Assembly (NCBI RefSeq): GCF_009914755.1
Contig: NC_060926.1
Strand: one strand, 5' to 3'
From: the human T2T-CHM13v2.0 reference genome, Homo sapiens
Length of the DNA stretch: 64,000 nucleotides
Positions 39,953-54,104 of this stretch are shown in pieces (the stretch's first letter is position 1; every line of letters begins with the position of its first letter). Below the pieces are notes generated by a model, which saw only the letters and a program-made list of their open reading frames with translations, had not been told where the DNA came from and did not search any database. Both the position numbers and the translations under genes were made by a program.

Positions 39953-40980
39953 AGCCCCAGGCCTGCCTTGTGCCTTTTCACCTCCACGCCTTCTTTTATG
40001 CCTGGAATGTGCACCTATCCTCATTAAAGAGGTAGGAATTGAGGAAAAGTCCTCCACCAGTCCATATTCTCTGCAGCATGAGATTCACTCTGACTGGCCA
40101 CGTGTTCCCTCTGCTGGGCAACATGGTCCAGGGTTTTGCTTCTGAACCACAGCCCTGCTCTTCCCCAGCTCCCTGTAGCCACCTGGCAGGAAAACAGAGG
40201 TACCCTACAAACCTAGAGATTAACGTGGTCAGGGCCCAAATGGGAGGAGAAACCACCCTGAGTTCTCAAACTCCTGCAACTCGGGAGGCAAGACAATTAG
40301 AGACTGGCAGAGAAGGAAACTGCCTTCTCTGCTAGGCTGAAGGAACAGAGGAAGGAGGCCATGTTGTTGGGGCCTGGGAGATCACCCTCGGGTGCTGGAG
40401 CCACCGATAGGGCTCAGCCAGGGCTGCAGCGCTGGGCACTGCCTGGCACAAGCAGATGGCTGAAACACCCTGGCATCTCCCTTTCTCTGGGTCTATGACC
40501 TCCAGTGCCCCACAGCCCACAGTGGCCACCTATCCCCAATACAGAGCTGATCAGGAGAAAGCTGAAGAATCGATCTGAGGGCAAACAGAGGGGGCTTCCC
40601 AGGGCTCCCTTCTGGGAGCCAAATGCAGCACTAACTGGGCCCAGAAGGAGGCGCCATGGCCCCTGCTCTCAAGAAGCTCTCATGGTGGGCGGATGGGAGA
40701 GGAGAAGGAGTTTTTGCAGAGAGGAGGACATAGGGCTGGGGGTAGTAGGGGTGAGTTCCCATCTCAGCCTGGGAAAAGCAGGAGCAGGGCGTCCCTGAGC
40801 CCAGGCCTTGAGATGAGTCTGACAGAAACCCTGAAACATCTCCAGTGTCAGGAAAGGTGACCTGTGGACGCACACCCATCACTCAGTCATTCAACTGCCA
40901 TTATCTTGGGCACCTACTATGTGCCCAGCATTGTGGTGCTCATAATCATCTCTCCTAGGCACACTTGGCTGCCCTCATTC

Positions 40981-41597
40981 TGTCAAGATTTCCCAAGACT
41001 ACCCTCAGACCCAGTAATTTACTAAAAGGACCCAAGGACTCAGAAAAAGCTGTTAGCCTCATGCTTACAGTTTATCCCAGCAAAAGGATATGGATTGAAA
41101 TCCACAGAGGGCAAAGGAAAAGACCAGGAGAGCCAGGCACAAGCATCCAGGTCCCCGAGTCACGTGGGGACAAGTTTCAATATCCCGGCAACACTGTGCG
41201 ACAACCCGTGTGAAATGCTCCCAGCTGGGGAAGCTCACTGAGCCTTGGAGGCCAGAGTTTTACTGGGGGTCAGTCAGATAGGCATGAGGTGTGGCCCCTG
41301 TGTACCTGACAGTAGCAATGCAGACTCCAGCCCCACAAAGGGCTGACTGAAACCGCGTGGCCCAAGGCCTCAGGAAAACAAAAGCAGGCATTTGTCTTAG
41401 TCACACTGCTGGCACAAACCATCTGATAAAACTCACTGCTAGCCCAAGGTGCCAGGCACACAAAGGCTCTCTAATCAGGCAAGACTGAGAGGCTATCTCC
41501 TGGGAGCCAATCAAGGGGGACAATCCTGAGCACACCCTTCCCTGGAATGAGCAGCGTTCGCCAGCCCATGCCTACTGAGTAAAGCCCTCACTGAATA
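40981..41597 (-). mobile_element. MER77/MER21-family LTR
   Basis: CCCAAGACTACCCTCAG...GGACTCAGAAAAAGCTGTTA...GGGAAGCTCACTGAGCCTTGG. Confidence 0.8.
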
Positions 41598-41799
41598 CTT
41601 GAGACGACCCATTTCGATCCAGTTTTCCCCTGAGCTCTAGTCTTTGCCACATTTTCCTGTGTTGCTCTGCCTCTGCCCTCCTCCTGGACTTGGGGTTTCC
41701 ATGTAGGGTTTCTCACCATCAGAATCATTGAATTATGAATCTTGAGGTCTGCTGTGCAATGACCCCCTGTTCAGAAACATTGGCTTAGGATTGGGGTCT

Positions 41800-42500
41800 T
41801 TGACTTTATTAAGTCAGTATCGAGTGAGCACTCACAGTGTGCGAAGAATTGTAAGCACATTTGTTCCAGTAGTGAATACAGTGGACCCCAGGCTTACCCT
41901 AGTAGAGAGTATGGTCTGCTGGAGTGGGACGGGGGAGAGTAGCATGTGATGATGGAGGCAGAGACTGGAGTGATATGTCTACAAGCTGAGGAATGCCAAA
42001 GATTGTCAGCAACACAGAAGCTGGAAGGGGCAAGGAAGGGTCCTCCCCTGAAGCCTTCAAGAAACGAATGTCCTGTCAACACCTTGGACTTCTAGCCTCT
42101 AGAACTATGAAAGAATAAATTTCTGTTGTTTTAAACTACCAAGTCTGTGGTGCTTTAAGGCAGCCCTAGAAATGAACACAGCATGGAATGAAAAGAAAGA
42201 CAAAGCACTGGGGCACTGCAGGAGGAATGCCTGTGATCTAGCTCAAGAGGCTAAAAATAGGGTCCAGAGGAAGGAAAACCTTCAGAAGGAAGCTTTACAC
42301 CGTGGAGGTTGTAAGGAAAAGTGCATGCACAGGGGAGAGAATTCTAGGCTTAGGAAAGAGCACATGTAGCAACTTGGAGGTAAGAGAGAGCATGGCTCAC
42401 TGGAGAAATGAGGAAATGAGGGAGAACAGAGTCATGGCCTGTGAAACAAGCCGGGAGAAAGATGACGTTGTGGGACTGGAGCCTCATGGGGGCATCACTG
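41800..42500 (-). mobile_element. L2 3' region interrupted by MLT1C
   Basis: TATCGAGTGAGCACTCACAGTGTG; later ATTCTAGGCTTAGGAAAGAGCACATGTAGCAAC. Confidence 0.55.
41945..42180 (+). mobile_element. MLT1C-like LTR, 3' half
   Basis: GATGGAGGCAGAGACTGGAGTGAT...GAATAAATTTCTGTTGTTTTAA...GGCAGCCCTAGAAA. Confidence 0.85.
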
Positions 42501-43109
42501 AGCTGCGAGCGCAATTCCATGTAAGTGGCCTGGCTGGGTGCACCTGCATGGCTAGCTCACATATTGGGCCTCAGAAATAATTCTTTTGATAGATTTGCTA
42601 TCATTATCTCCAGTTCACATTTCACCTCCAGATCATGGGAAGACATGACCATAAATAAAGGGGTTGGGAGGTCAGCATCTTTTACAAGAAAATGCCATGA
42701 CTTTGGTACATGTTTACAACACTGGTGCCTTGCTGGAAATCTAATGCCACCACAGCTGTGATCAATTTTCTTTCCAGTGGACTGCATTGTAGTTTTCCAG
42801 GCTGGCACTGAAACCCTCAAAACATCACCGAGGCTGGTGCCATATCTTCCATCCAGATAGGAAGGGTTAGTAACAGGTGTGAAAGCTTCGCTGTCTCCAC
42901 TTGAACAACAGAGACATTGTTCCATCGTTCTCCACTGTTGCAATCAAGGAAACCTGTCGGTGCCATCCAGGAACATTGCTTGCTTTTCATTTCCCACGGC
43001 TTGTCGTCAATTTAGATTTGGGTTTGGGCTTATGATTTGCTAATCCTGTCCTGACACTGCTTTTAAATTTTTTCTTAGACAAAGCATGTTATGGCTGGTC
43101 ATGTTATAT

Positions 43110-43330
43110 ATGTGTTAATTTCACAAACATTTTACCAAACACCTCTCTGCCTGGCCCTGTAAAAGGTGGTGGGGACACCAAGAAGAATGTTATGTGACTC
43201 CTGTGCCCAGGAAGCTCAGAGTTCATAGAGGAGAATGATAAGAGAATGAATCTTATTATTAAGTGAGTTAAGTTTATAAGGTAGCAATTAAGATGTGTTC
43301 AGGGTATTCTGTGAGCAAAGAGAAGGTGTA
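43110..43330 (-). mobile_element. L2 3' end
   Basis: CAAACATTTTACCAAACACC...CCAGGAAGCTCAGAGT. Confidence 0.55.
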
Positions 43331-43556
43331 GATCAATTGTCAAAAGTAAATGAACTCCCTCCCACTTATTTGAAAGTGTAATTTTAATGGGACATACTTA
43401 GAAGATCACAGGGCTTGAGTTTCTAATTATGTACTGTCTGTTCTACAGAATGTCTTTCTTTAAGAAAATTAGCTCATACATGATTCGTGGATAAGATAAT
43501 GACATCAGTTTAAAGTGGAGTTGCTTTGGTTTGTATGTGATTTTTCCAAGCACTTT

Positions 43557-43872
43557 ATTTTTTTGTTTGTTTGTTAGCTTTTTTTTTTATTGAGATGGAG
43601 TCTCACTCTGTCTCCCAGGCTGGAGTGCAATGGCGCAATCTCGGCTCACTGCACCCTCCGCCTCCTGGGTTCAAACGATTTTCCTACCTCAGCCTCTTGA
43701 GTAGCTGGGATTACAGGCACAAGCCCATGCCTGACTAATTTGTTGTATTTTTAGTAGAGACGGGATTTTACCACGTTGGTCAGGCTGGTCTCGAACTCCT
43801 GACCTCAGGTGATCTGCCGAACTTAGCCTCCCAGAGTGCTGGGATTACAGGCATGAGCCACTGTGCCAAGCC
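43557..43872 (-). mobile_element. AluS
   Basis: Full dimer. TSD CAAGCACTTT at 43547-43556 and 43874-43883. Confidence 0.95.
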
Positions 43873-44469
43873 GCAAGCACTTTGTTGTTTTGTGCCACCA
43901 AGTAATAGTGGCCGGGCACTTAAGAAATGTGGATGCTGCTAGTTGTGGGGGAATGCACGCTCCACAGGTGGATGTTCTGCCCACTCCTCCTGGCTAAGTT
44001 TGGCCACATGCTTTGTCACTGGCATACTTATAGTGCTCTAAGAAACTAACACCAAAGAATGTGTGGGGTCTCCCATCTCTGGTCTCTGTGTGTTGTGCAA
44101 GCCAGCAACTGCATTGGCACCAGCATCTTCTGATCACGAGGTTTCCCTTCCGCCTTTGACTCCATGTCTCCAGCCTTGGCCTATCCTTATTCCTGCTGCT
44201 ATCATACTACCTTCATGCATTCTTCTAAAGTAAAACCTTATTGATTGCAGTTCCTTTATTCCTAGGAAGTTAACATGTCTTTAAAATGCGCTTAGTATTT
44301 TCATTAGGATTGCCGTCATCTTTTGTAGGGTCTGGTTACAAAATAGCATAGGTTTTCAGTGGTCTGATCCAATACATTTTCACCTTGCATGTGTGATTTT
44401 GCAGAATATGAGGTTTTGAAGAATTACACTGTGTGATGTAGAAAACTATTGCTATTTAACACTCTTGTG

Positions 44470-44580
44470 CATAGTGTGGTGCAATGTGGTGTTTAGAAGC
44501 AGTGACACTGGCATCAGGGAGGCCTGACTTTGAGTTCTATACTCTTCCTTGACTCCGCCCTTCCCCATTGGCTCATGAAA
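44470..44580 (+). mobile_element. MIR 5' part
   Basis: GTGGTGCAATGTGGTGTTTAGAAGCAGTGACACTGGCATCAG...TTTGAGTTCT. Confidence 0.5.
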
Positions 44581-45899
44581 TGCTCCTACCAGGTGCCGGG
44601 CTTCCAGCTGCAGAGGTTTCCCACCCACAGCCCCTTTATTCTACTCCCACCTTGCCTGGATTTCCCTAGTCCTTTGTGGCCTCAGAAGGGAAACCATATT
44701 TCTCCCTGTTCCCATTCTGTGCTCCCCAGAGATGCTGCTTGTCATTTGCTTCCTCGGCCACTCTGACTTCAACCCAGAAGACGGTGGTGGCATGAACACC
44801 TTCCAGGCCAGGCCTGTGGGATACAAGACTCTGGCTGAAGTGCTCACTGTCCTCCAGAAGCTGGATGGCTGTGTGGGTTGCATTTCCCTTCCCAGTCATA
44901 AAAACTGAAGCTTGCATACGCTTAGCAAACAAAAGTGATTCGGTAAAGAGAATTAGTGTTGGGAGGCTGGAAGAAGTAGCAGGGAGTGCTGCAGCCACCC
45001 AGAGGTTGATAACTGGAGGAAGCAGCTGTCCTGCCCAGGGATGGGGGAATAAAAGGAAAGAGATTGGATTACAGAGTCTAGAGAAAGGATGCTTCATGCT
45101 AGGCTCGGCATCTAAGGAAGGGCATGGCACTGGAATTGCTGGTGCTGACCAGAGGCTGGTCCTAGAATTAGATATGAGACCAATTAGTCCTAATTGACAC
45201 CTCCATGCTGAAGTCACCTGGGGAGACGTGGTCATGACTGGTGACTTGTCCCTCATTCCAGGTCTTGGAATCCAAGAAGGAGCAAGTGAATGGTGCCATG
45301 CTGCCGGAGGGCAGGGGCAGGGGCCTTGTAGGGAGGAGCTCTGCCCATCACTAGGGTGCAGAAACATTTAGCACCTCAGTAAAATCAGCCTCTGGGCAAC
45401 ATTGATCAAATCACTTATATGATTTGATCATATATCATATAACCTATCATATCAACCTTCTATGGCAGGTTGAACCCTATTACCTGGGCATGGTAGGAAA
45501 AATGTAGTCCTTAAAATAAGAGTAACTTCTCTGAAGAAGTGGAATGGGTTTTCAATTATAGAATGGATTCCTCTGTGCCTTGGTTTCTGGGAAGCTCAGA
45601 GCTAAATTTAGTGTGTAATTCCTCAACTTGTCATCTTTTGAGCTGCTATAGTTGTACACCCCTTCATCTTCCTTGATTCTGATATGTGTTTGGTTTTCAT
45701 TTTTAGTTGCTCTGCATTTGTGCCTATGTAACTGCCTTAAATCTGGGAATTAGATTCTATATAAATTAGAAGCAAATAAGGAAAATAAATTGAGTTCTAA
45801 TTTGAATTCAAAATATCTTAGAGACATGTTTGAAAATAAAAACTAGAAAACAACAAAAGATCAGTTCTCTTTACTGGCTATACATAGAAGCAATTGATT

Positions 45900-46260
45900 C
45901 TGCAAACCTTCCACTATAGCCATGCCAAACTATTGGCTATTTCCCAAACATGAATCTTCTCCCTTGGAATGCACACTATTCCCTATTCATCCCATCAAAC
46001 TAACAATTTCTATTTATATTTTAAGACTGAGCTCAAATGTCACCTCATGCAAGAAGCTCTTCTTGACCAGAGGCTAGGCTAGGTTTTCCGTGTTCTTTGT
46101 GGAAACACTTATCACTTTATATTGCAATCATTTCTTAACTCATATGTTTTTCTCATTTACTATAAACTTTTGGAGGAATTATTTGGTCCATCTCTGTATC
46201 ACTGGTATCTACAACATTGCAGACATTATTATAAATATTATTGGAGGAATTAATTAAATA
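45900..46260 (+). mobile_element. L2 3' end
   Basis: TTAAGACTGAGCTCAAATGTCACCTC...CATCTCTGTATC...ATAAATATTATTGGA. Confidence 0.7.
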
Positions 46261-46676
46261 GCAAACAAATTACCTTGAATAATGTTTCTCAAACTTTTCA
46301 AATGATAAATCAATTAATAATATTGAACATCCATGCAAATTACCAATTTTAGATATGTAGTTTAAACATATCTTAAGAATAAAATTAAAACTTTTAAAAT
46401 TTAAGTGTGGTAATATTTACATATGTGACAGGTATGATATTGATGGAAATTCAACATTGTACCAAATTGTGCATACATGGCTTGATAATGGAGGCATTAA
46501 TTTAGTGGTTTTACATCCAGCATTTAGCAATTTGATATAACAGGCATTTTTGAATTTTGAACTTCCTCCAAATAAATGATATATAATCCTTTTAAATAAC
46601 TTATGGAACTTTTTTAAAAAAATTGACCACGTACTAATTTATAAGGCAAGTCTCAAAAATATTTGAAAGCTTTTCT

Positions 46677-47098
46677 GTGGCGATTGATTGAAGTTTAGTC
46701 CAGTACTTCCCCCTGCCTCTATCTTCTGCTGCTCCTCCTGGTAAAGAGGGAAACTCGGTTTCACCCCCGTTTGGACCTGAGCTAGTGTTGCACCTTATAT
46801 GGATGTCTTTCCACATGCTATTGTGCTTGCTGCTATCACCAGGAGGCCATGCCCCACCTCACCTGCTGGGGGATAATATCCATGTGGACTTGAGCTGAGT
46901 TAGGCGAGTCATCCTGATGAAGGCTATTCTAAATAAAGTGACAACCAGACAACCTCCAGAAATTTGAGAAAGCCCACTAGAGACCAACAAAGCTTCTCAG
47001 CTAACCTGCAGATCCATGAGCTAAATAAAAGCATATTATTATAAGCCACCGAGTTTTGGAGAGGTTTATTGTAAGGCATTATTCTGACATAAATAACT
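46677..47098 (+). mobile_element. MLT1H/I-like LTR
   Basis: CTCAGCTAACCTGCAGATCCATGAGCTAAATAAA...TAAGCCACCGAGTTTTGG. Confidence 0.65.
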
Positions 47099-47182
47099 CT
47101 TAGGCATATTAAGTATTCCCTCAGATCAAAGTGAAAATAAGTCAGAAGTGAGTAATGAAAGTAACTTTAAAAACCTATACAT

Positions 47183-47455
<273 letters not shown>

Positions 47456-47807
47456 AAAAACCTATATGTAGGAAATTAAGAAACATCCTTTTAAATAATT
47501 TATGAGTCAAATGGAAATTATAATGAAAATTAGAAAACTTTTAGACATGAGATATAAAATATGTATCAAATCATATCATTTGTAGGATATTGTTAAAAAA
47601 AGTTACTTTAGCCTTAAATTTGCATAGTATAAAAAGAAGAAAAAGTAACAGTAAAGTCTCTAATTTAAAACTTGGAAAAGTAATAAAGGGGAGATGCAAT
47701 GAAGATAGAAGGAAGGAAATATAAATACTAGAGCTTAGATTAAATATATAAAAAGAAAACATACAACAGAGAGAAACTACAAAGTTGAAAGTGTGTTCTT
47801 GGAAAAC

Positions 47808-48267
47808 TAACAAAGATTCTCTGCTTGACCAAACTTCACTTAGCCTTCTAAACCTTCTCCTAGGCCCATCTGTGTACTTCCTTGTAAAAGCCAATTTTAG
47901 CAAAAGAACCCTGCTAAGTCAGTTTAACAAGAACCCCACTTCCTCAATACCCGATCATCCTCCACCATCCCCTAGGTGATGTCCAATCACCCTTGCCTGT
48001 CTTCAGTAAGAATGCTGCTGGGTCTGTTTAGCCAGAATCCTCTTTAACCCTCATGTTTCTTCTTAGTAATTTTCCACCCGTCGACTTCCACTCTATTCCT
48101 TGGCTATAAATTCCTAATAGCCCATGCCATATTTTGTAGTTGAGCACAATCTGTGTCCCATTGCAAAATTCCACTGCAGCAGTTCCCATACATATCCCGA
48201 TAATTCTGAATAAAGCCTTCCTTACCATTCTTTAACAAGTATCATTGAATAATTTTTTTCTTTAACA
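47808..48267 (+). mobile_element. MER31-like ERV1 solo LTR, 4-bp TSD AAAC
   Basis: Starts TAACAAAGATTCTCTGCTTGACCAAACT and ends TTTCTTTAACA. AAAC at 47804-47807 and 48268-48271. TATAAA at 48105 and AATAAA at 48209. Confidence 0.85.
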
Positions 48268-48993
48268 AAACAGCTAGAAAAATTGCTGAACCTCTAGTAA
48301 GTCTGATCGAAGAAAAGAAGAGAAAAGGAACACATAAATGATGTTAGCAATCAAAAAGAGGATATAAGGTTAAACAACAGATATACAAAAAAGCGATCAT
48401 GAATAACTTCATGTCAATATATCTAAGGTTTCACTTAGAAGACAATTGACAAAGTTTTAAAATATGTTACTTTACTAATATTTTAATAATTATTACAGGA
48501 ATATAATTTAAATATTGACATAAGTGAGCAAAAACTAAAAATATTTATTTATAACTAGTAATGACACCAATTTTACTATTGAAAATATATCCAAAATAGC
48601 TAAATAAGACATTATTGAATAAAAACCAATGTGTAAAAAAATATATCATGTCCAAGTTAGAATTATTCCAAAATGCAGTTTTAGTTTTCACTGACGAGTC
48701 AGTTGATATAATCTATTACATTAATTATTAGTTTGAAGGAAATCTCATTATATAATCAACTCAATAGTTTGCAAAAAAAATGGTAAAATTAAGCATTCAT
48801 TCACTGTAAAAATTCTTTGCAAAAAGAAGAAAAATTTCTGATCTGATAAAAGGTATCTATTACATATGTACAGATTAGGAAGCAACAATTAAAAAAATTG
48901 CTCAATTGAAAAATGAGCAAAATATATGAACAGACATCTCAACAAAGAATATATTTTGATGACAATTACACCTATAAAAAATTGCTCAATATT

Positions 48994-49287
<294 letters not shown>

Positions 49288-50593
49288 AAAATTGCTCAAT
49301 ATTATTTGTAATTAGAGAATTGCAAATTAAAACAACAATGAAATACTACTATCCATGTATTAGAATGGCTAAAGCACAAATAAGCCGAAAATACTAATTG
49401 TTTGCAAGGATGGCCAGTAACAGGAATCCTCACTCATTGCTGGTGGAAATATAAAATGGTACAGCAACCTTGGAAAATAGTTTTACACTTTCTTACAAAG
49501 CTAAACGTGGTCTTACTACAGGATACAGAGATTATATTCCTAGACATTAACCAAATTTGTTTTTTTTAATGCTTATGTTCACAAAAAGCCTACAGGAAAG
49601 GTTTATAAGTGCTTTTTTCATAATCAAAAACTGGAAGCAACCAAGAAGTCCTTCAATAGGTAAATGAAGGTAGATGTACCTATTGAAGGAGCAAACAAAG
49701 TGTGGTACATTTGTACAATAGAATATTATTCAAAAATAAAAAAGGAATGGGCTATCAGAGTATATAAAGAGAGATTAATTTTAAATGCATATCGCTAAAT
49801 TAAAACAAAACAGTCTTAAAAGACTACATACTGTATGATTACATGTATGCAACATTCAGGTAAAAGCAAATTAGACAGGAAACAGATCAGTTGTTTCTAG
49901 GTTCTTGTATGAGGGTTGGTGAGGTTTGAATAGGTGAAGCACAAGAGGTTTTCTTGGAAGGTGAAACTATTCTGTATGATATTGTAATAAGTACATGTGA
50001 CTCTACATTTGTCAAAACTCACAGAATTTTATAGCACAAGTGAATATGTATGCAAATTTAAGAAATAGTTTAGGAGGCTGGGGGAATCCTGATGGAATGC
50101 AGAATGTGATGAAACACTGCAACTGTATTACAAGTGGATGAAACAGTCTCACTGCATGGCTGCCAGGGATAAGTGCTGACCTAGCTAACTTTAGAAATAA
50201 GTAGCATCTCTAAGACTAAAGGCAATATAAACTGTACATGAACCCTCTACTGTAGTCGATGAAGTTTTTTCTCATGTGGATATAAGTTAACCATTCGGAT
50301 ACCTCTCTAACTGGAATTAAATAATTAAGTAAATGGTTGCCAGATGGTAAAAGTCAGCTTTCTCCCTATTGGAGTGTGAGGTTACATAAGCAAAGAAGAA
50401 TATAATTATTAGGATAGTAGAATAATTCATGTGGTAATGTTTAAATGTTGGAGAAATCAGTATGAAAGCATGCTTAGCTTAATGTGGATACAGATGGTAT
50501 ATGTAGCAATATTTACAGATAATTGTACATATGAACTGATATACACCCATATATTTCTTTGCTCTGTCCGCTGAGAGGGCCTAGAAAGAATGA

Positions 50594-51007
<414 letters not shown>

Positions 51008-52199
51008 TGATTTGATAACTGGAGCAGGGAATGTTCAAGATGAGCCTGAAGCTTCTTGTAGTGCCAGAGAGTAAGGAAGTGCTAAACACAAGCACACACA
51101 CATGTATGTGAGCACATGCATGTACACACACAATGATGGGCTTGTGCCAAGGGGATACCAGGAGCCAACAAAATTCAAGCCAGGAGCTTCAATAATTTGA
51201 GCAATAAATAAATAAATTAGAAGTGAATTGTAGACTAAACTATAAAATAAATATTCATGAGTCCATATCAGTAAATAATGATACTGATATAAATAAATAG
51301 ATAAGAAATAGATAAGGAGTAATTTTTAAATCTCTTTTGCAGAAAAACTCTAATCCATTTTTGTAAATACTTGTATCTCAAGGAGGTAAAGCATAACTCC
51401 CTGGTTCTTCTGTGTGGGTTTTTCACAGAGACTTCTTTGCAGTGAGTACAATACAGAAAGAGGGTGGGGGAAGCGTGACTTTACAGTGGAGAAACCCACA
51501 AACACCACCTCAGCCAGTGATCAAGGTTAACATCAAAGTGTTGTTATGTGGATAAACAGGTACTCTTGATGTGAGGTGAGAATGGTACTTTACCACTGTG
51601 ATTTTCCTTCCAAAAACCCATGTCCACAATTTCATCATGAGAAAAATATCAGAAAAATCCCAATTGGAAGGAAATTCTACAAAACACCTGACTGGTGTTC
51701 CTCAAAACTGTTCAGGTAATGAAAAACAAGGACTGAGAAACTGTGGAAAAGAAACCATACCAATACAAGATGCTAACAATAGAGGAAACTGGGGTTGAGA
51801 CATAAGGGAACTGTTTGTACTATCTTCCCAACTTCTCTGTACGTCTGAAGCTATTCTAAAACCAAAAGCATATTTAAGGCATGTACAGCAAATGTCTTAC
51901 GTACAAAGTGTGAAAGTTGTTCTTTATAATAGGGAAGTAAACTTTCACAATCACAGTGTTTTATTTTTGAAAACTACACTAAACCTCCTAGTCTGTTGAG
52001 TAATGTCAGAATAAATATAAAAGGTTTTAAGGTTATAAAAGTGACAAAATTGCCATTATGTGCCTATGTTATGATTTTCCATATTGAATATCCCCAAAAT
52101 ATTCTAGGAATAATTATTATAATAAAGTAATTTTAACAAAACTGCCAGATATAAAATCAATATCCAAAAATCAATTGTATTTCCTTTATATAAGCAAAA

Positions 52200-52305
52200 C
52201 CAAGTAGCATATTCATGTATGTATATGTAATTATTGGAATAATTATATATATTATATAGGAATAATTTATATATAAATTATATATAAATATCTAATTATA
52301 ATAGG
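52200..52305. repeat. AT-rich low-complexity tract
   Basis: (TA)-rich with repeated GGAATAATT. Confidence 0.8.
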
Positions 52306-52611
52306 ATCCAAAATTATAAGCACAAAAAGCTGATGAAACTATGACTTAATAGATTTTAAAGATGAAAAGCATTTCTTGATATAAAGTGCCATTGCATAAT
52401 GAAAAGAATTTCAATTCACCAGAAATATTTAATCAGGAAAACAACATAACAAAAGAAGTATACCATGTTATGGAGAAAATTATACCCATATGTTGAAGGA
52501 TATTAATCGAGGCTGGAGTAAGTAGAAATTCATAGTGTGCCAAAGGTAAGAAAACTCGACTTCAAAGACCCTGTGCTTGTGATTAGTTGCACAGCAATAG
52601 TAACTCATGCA

Positions 52612-52915
52612 GCTCCCCACAGACTGCTGGGACTCAGCTCCCGCGACAGTTGGCTGGGGTTCCCTGTTTCTTGCCATGTGGACCTTCTCAATATGGCAGT
52701 TTGCTTTATTAAAGATAGCAAAGGAGAAAATCTCTAGCAAGATGGAAGTCACTCTCCTATGAAACCTGGTCACAGAAGTGACATCTCTCCACCTTTCCAC
52801 ACTGTATGGGTTAGAAGCAAGTCACAGGTTTCACACACATTTGTGGGGAGAGGATTGCACAATGCACGGGGGTGAGGACCATTGCCAGCCATCTCCAAAG
52901 AAGCTGTGAACCACA
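52612..52915 (-). mobile_element. MLT1F-like LTR
   Basis: TTCTTGCCATGTGG...CTAGCAAGATGGAAGTCA...GTTAGAAGCAAGTCACAGG. Confidence 0.75.
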
Positions 52916-52993
52916 TGCCTTACATGCTTTGTCTCACACACACACATAATTTTTATCAGTTCAACATTAAGTAAAAAGTATTCTTAAAATTTA

Positions 52994-53448
52994 CTTTGAG
53001 AAATTGCCACACTGCCTTCCACAATGGTTGAACTATACTGGATAAAGAAAATGTGGACATATACACCATGGAATACTATGCAGCCATGAAAAAGAATGAG
53101 TTCATGTCCTTTGCAGGAACATGGATGAAGCTGGAAACCATCATCCTCAGCAAACTAACACAGGAACAGAAAACCAAACACCGCATGTTCTCACTTGTAA
53201 GTGGGAATTGAACAGTGAGAACACATGGACACAGGGAACATCACACACCGGGGCCTGTTGTGGGGTCAGGGGAAAGGGGAGGGAAAGCATTAGGACAAAA
53301 ACCTAATGCATGTGGGGCTCAAAACCTAGATGACGGGTTGATAGGTGCAGCAAACTACCATGGCACATGTATACCTATGTAACAAACCTGCACTTTCAGC
53401 ACATGTATCCCAGAACTTAAAGTAAAATTAAAAAAAAAAAAAGTCAAA
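52994..53448 (+). mobile_element. L1PA8-like short insert with 5' inversion
   Basis: Antisense L1 at 52994-53035. Sense 3' end at 53036-53448 (CTAATGCATGTGGGGCTCAAAACCTAGATGACGGG), with a G-rich tract at 53262-53283 and poly(A). TSD 15/16 at 52986-53001 and 53449-53464. Confidence 0.93.
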
Positions 53449-54104
53449 AAAAATTACTTTGAGAGCTTCATCAGACACTATATATAGAAGTCTTGGAGGT
53501 CAAAATAGAGTGGCATATTAATTCTTAGTCTCCCTGTAAGATTACATTAATCTGTGGACTGCATTTCCTTGTGATCTGCTGCAGGAATTAGATTTGCTTT
53601 TTAATATTTCGCATCAGGAGACATACTCGATTTCTTTATCAGAAGAGTAAAGCAAGCATTAAATGCTGAGAATGAGCCAAATGCAGTGATTGAGCAATTT
53701 GGACCATATTTTAGTCTTCCTACAAAAACCTGATTATCCTGAGCTTTCAACTTCAGCTCTAAAAGTGATAGTTTGAGGCTTTACAAGTTACTCAGTCTAC
53801 TGATGTGGTATAGCACTTGAATAAGTCTTTCAAAATCATATAAATGATTTGCTGACATTTTCAGTATCAGGAGGAGATACCTTTTTATTTCAGTCCTCAT
53901 TCTAAAGAGTCGTATAGACAGCTTTCTGTCAGACAGCCAGGGCACTTTTATGGGGGAGAGCAGAATTTTATACTCACTGCCCATTTCTTGGAAGAGGGTA
54001 CTGAATAAAAACACACACATTTTGTGGCTGCAGTTTGATGTGTTCTCAAATTTAACTATTTACTAAATCAAAAGCAGAATACATGATGTTGACTTCTAGA
54101 TATT

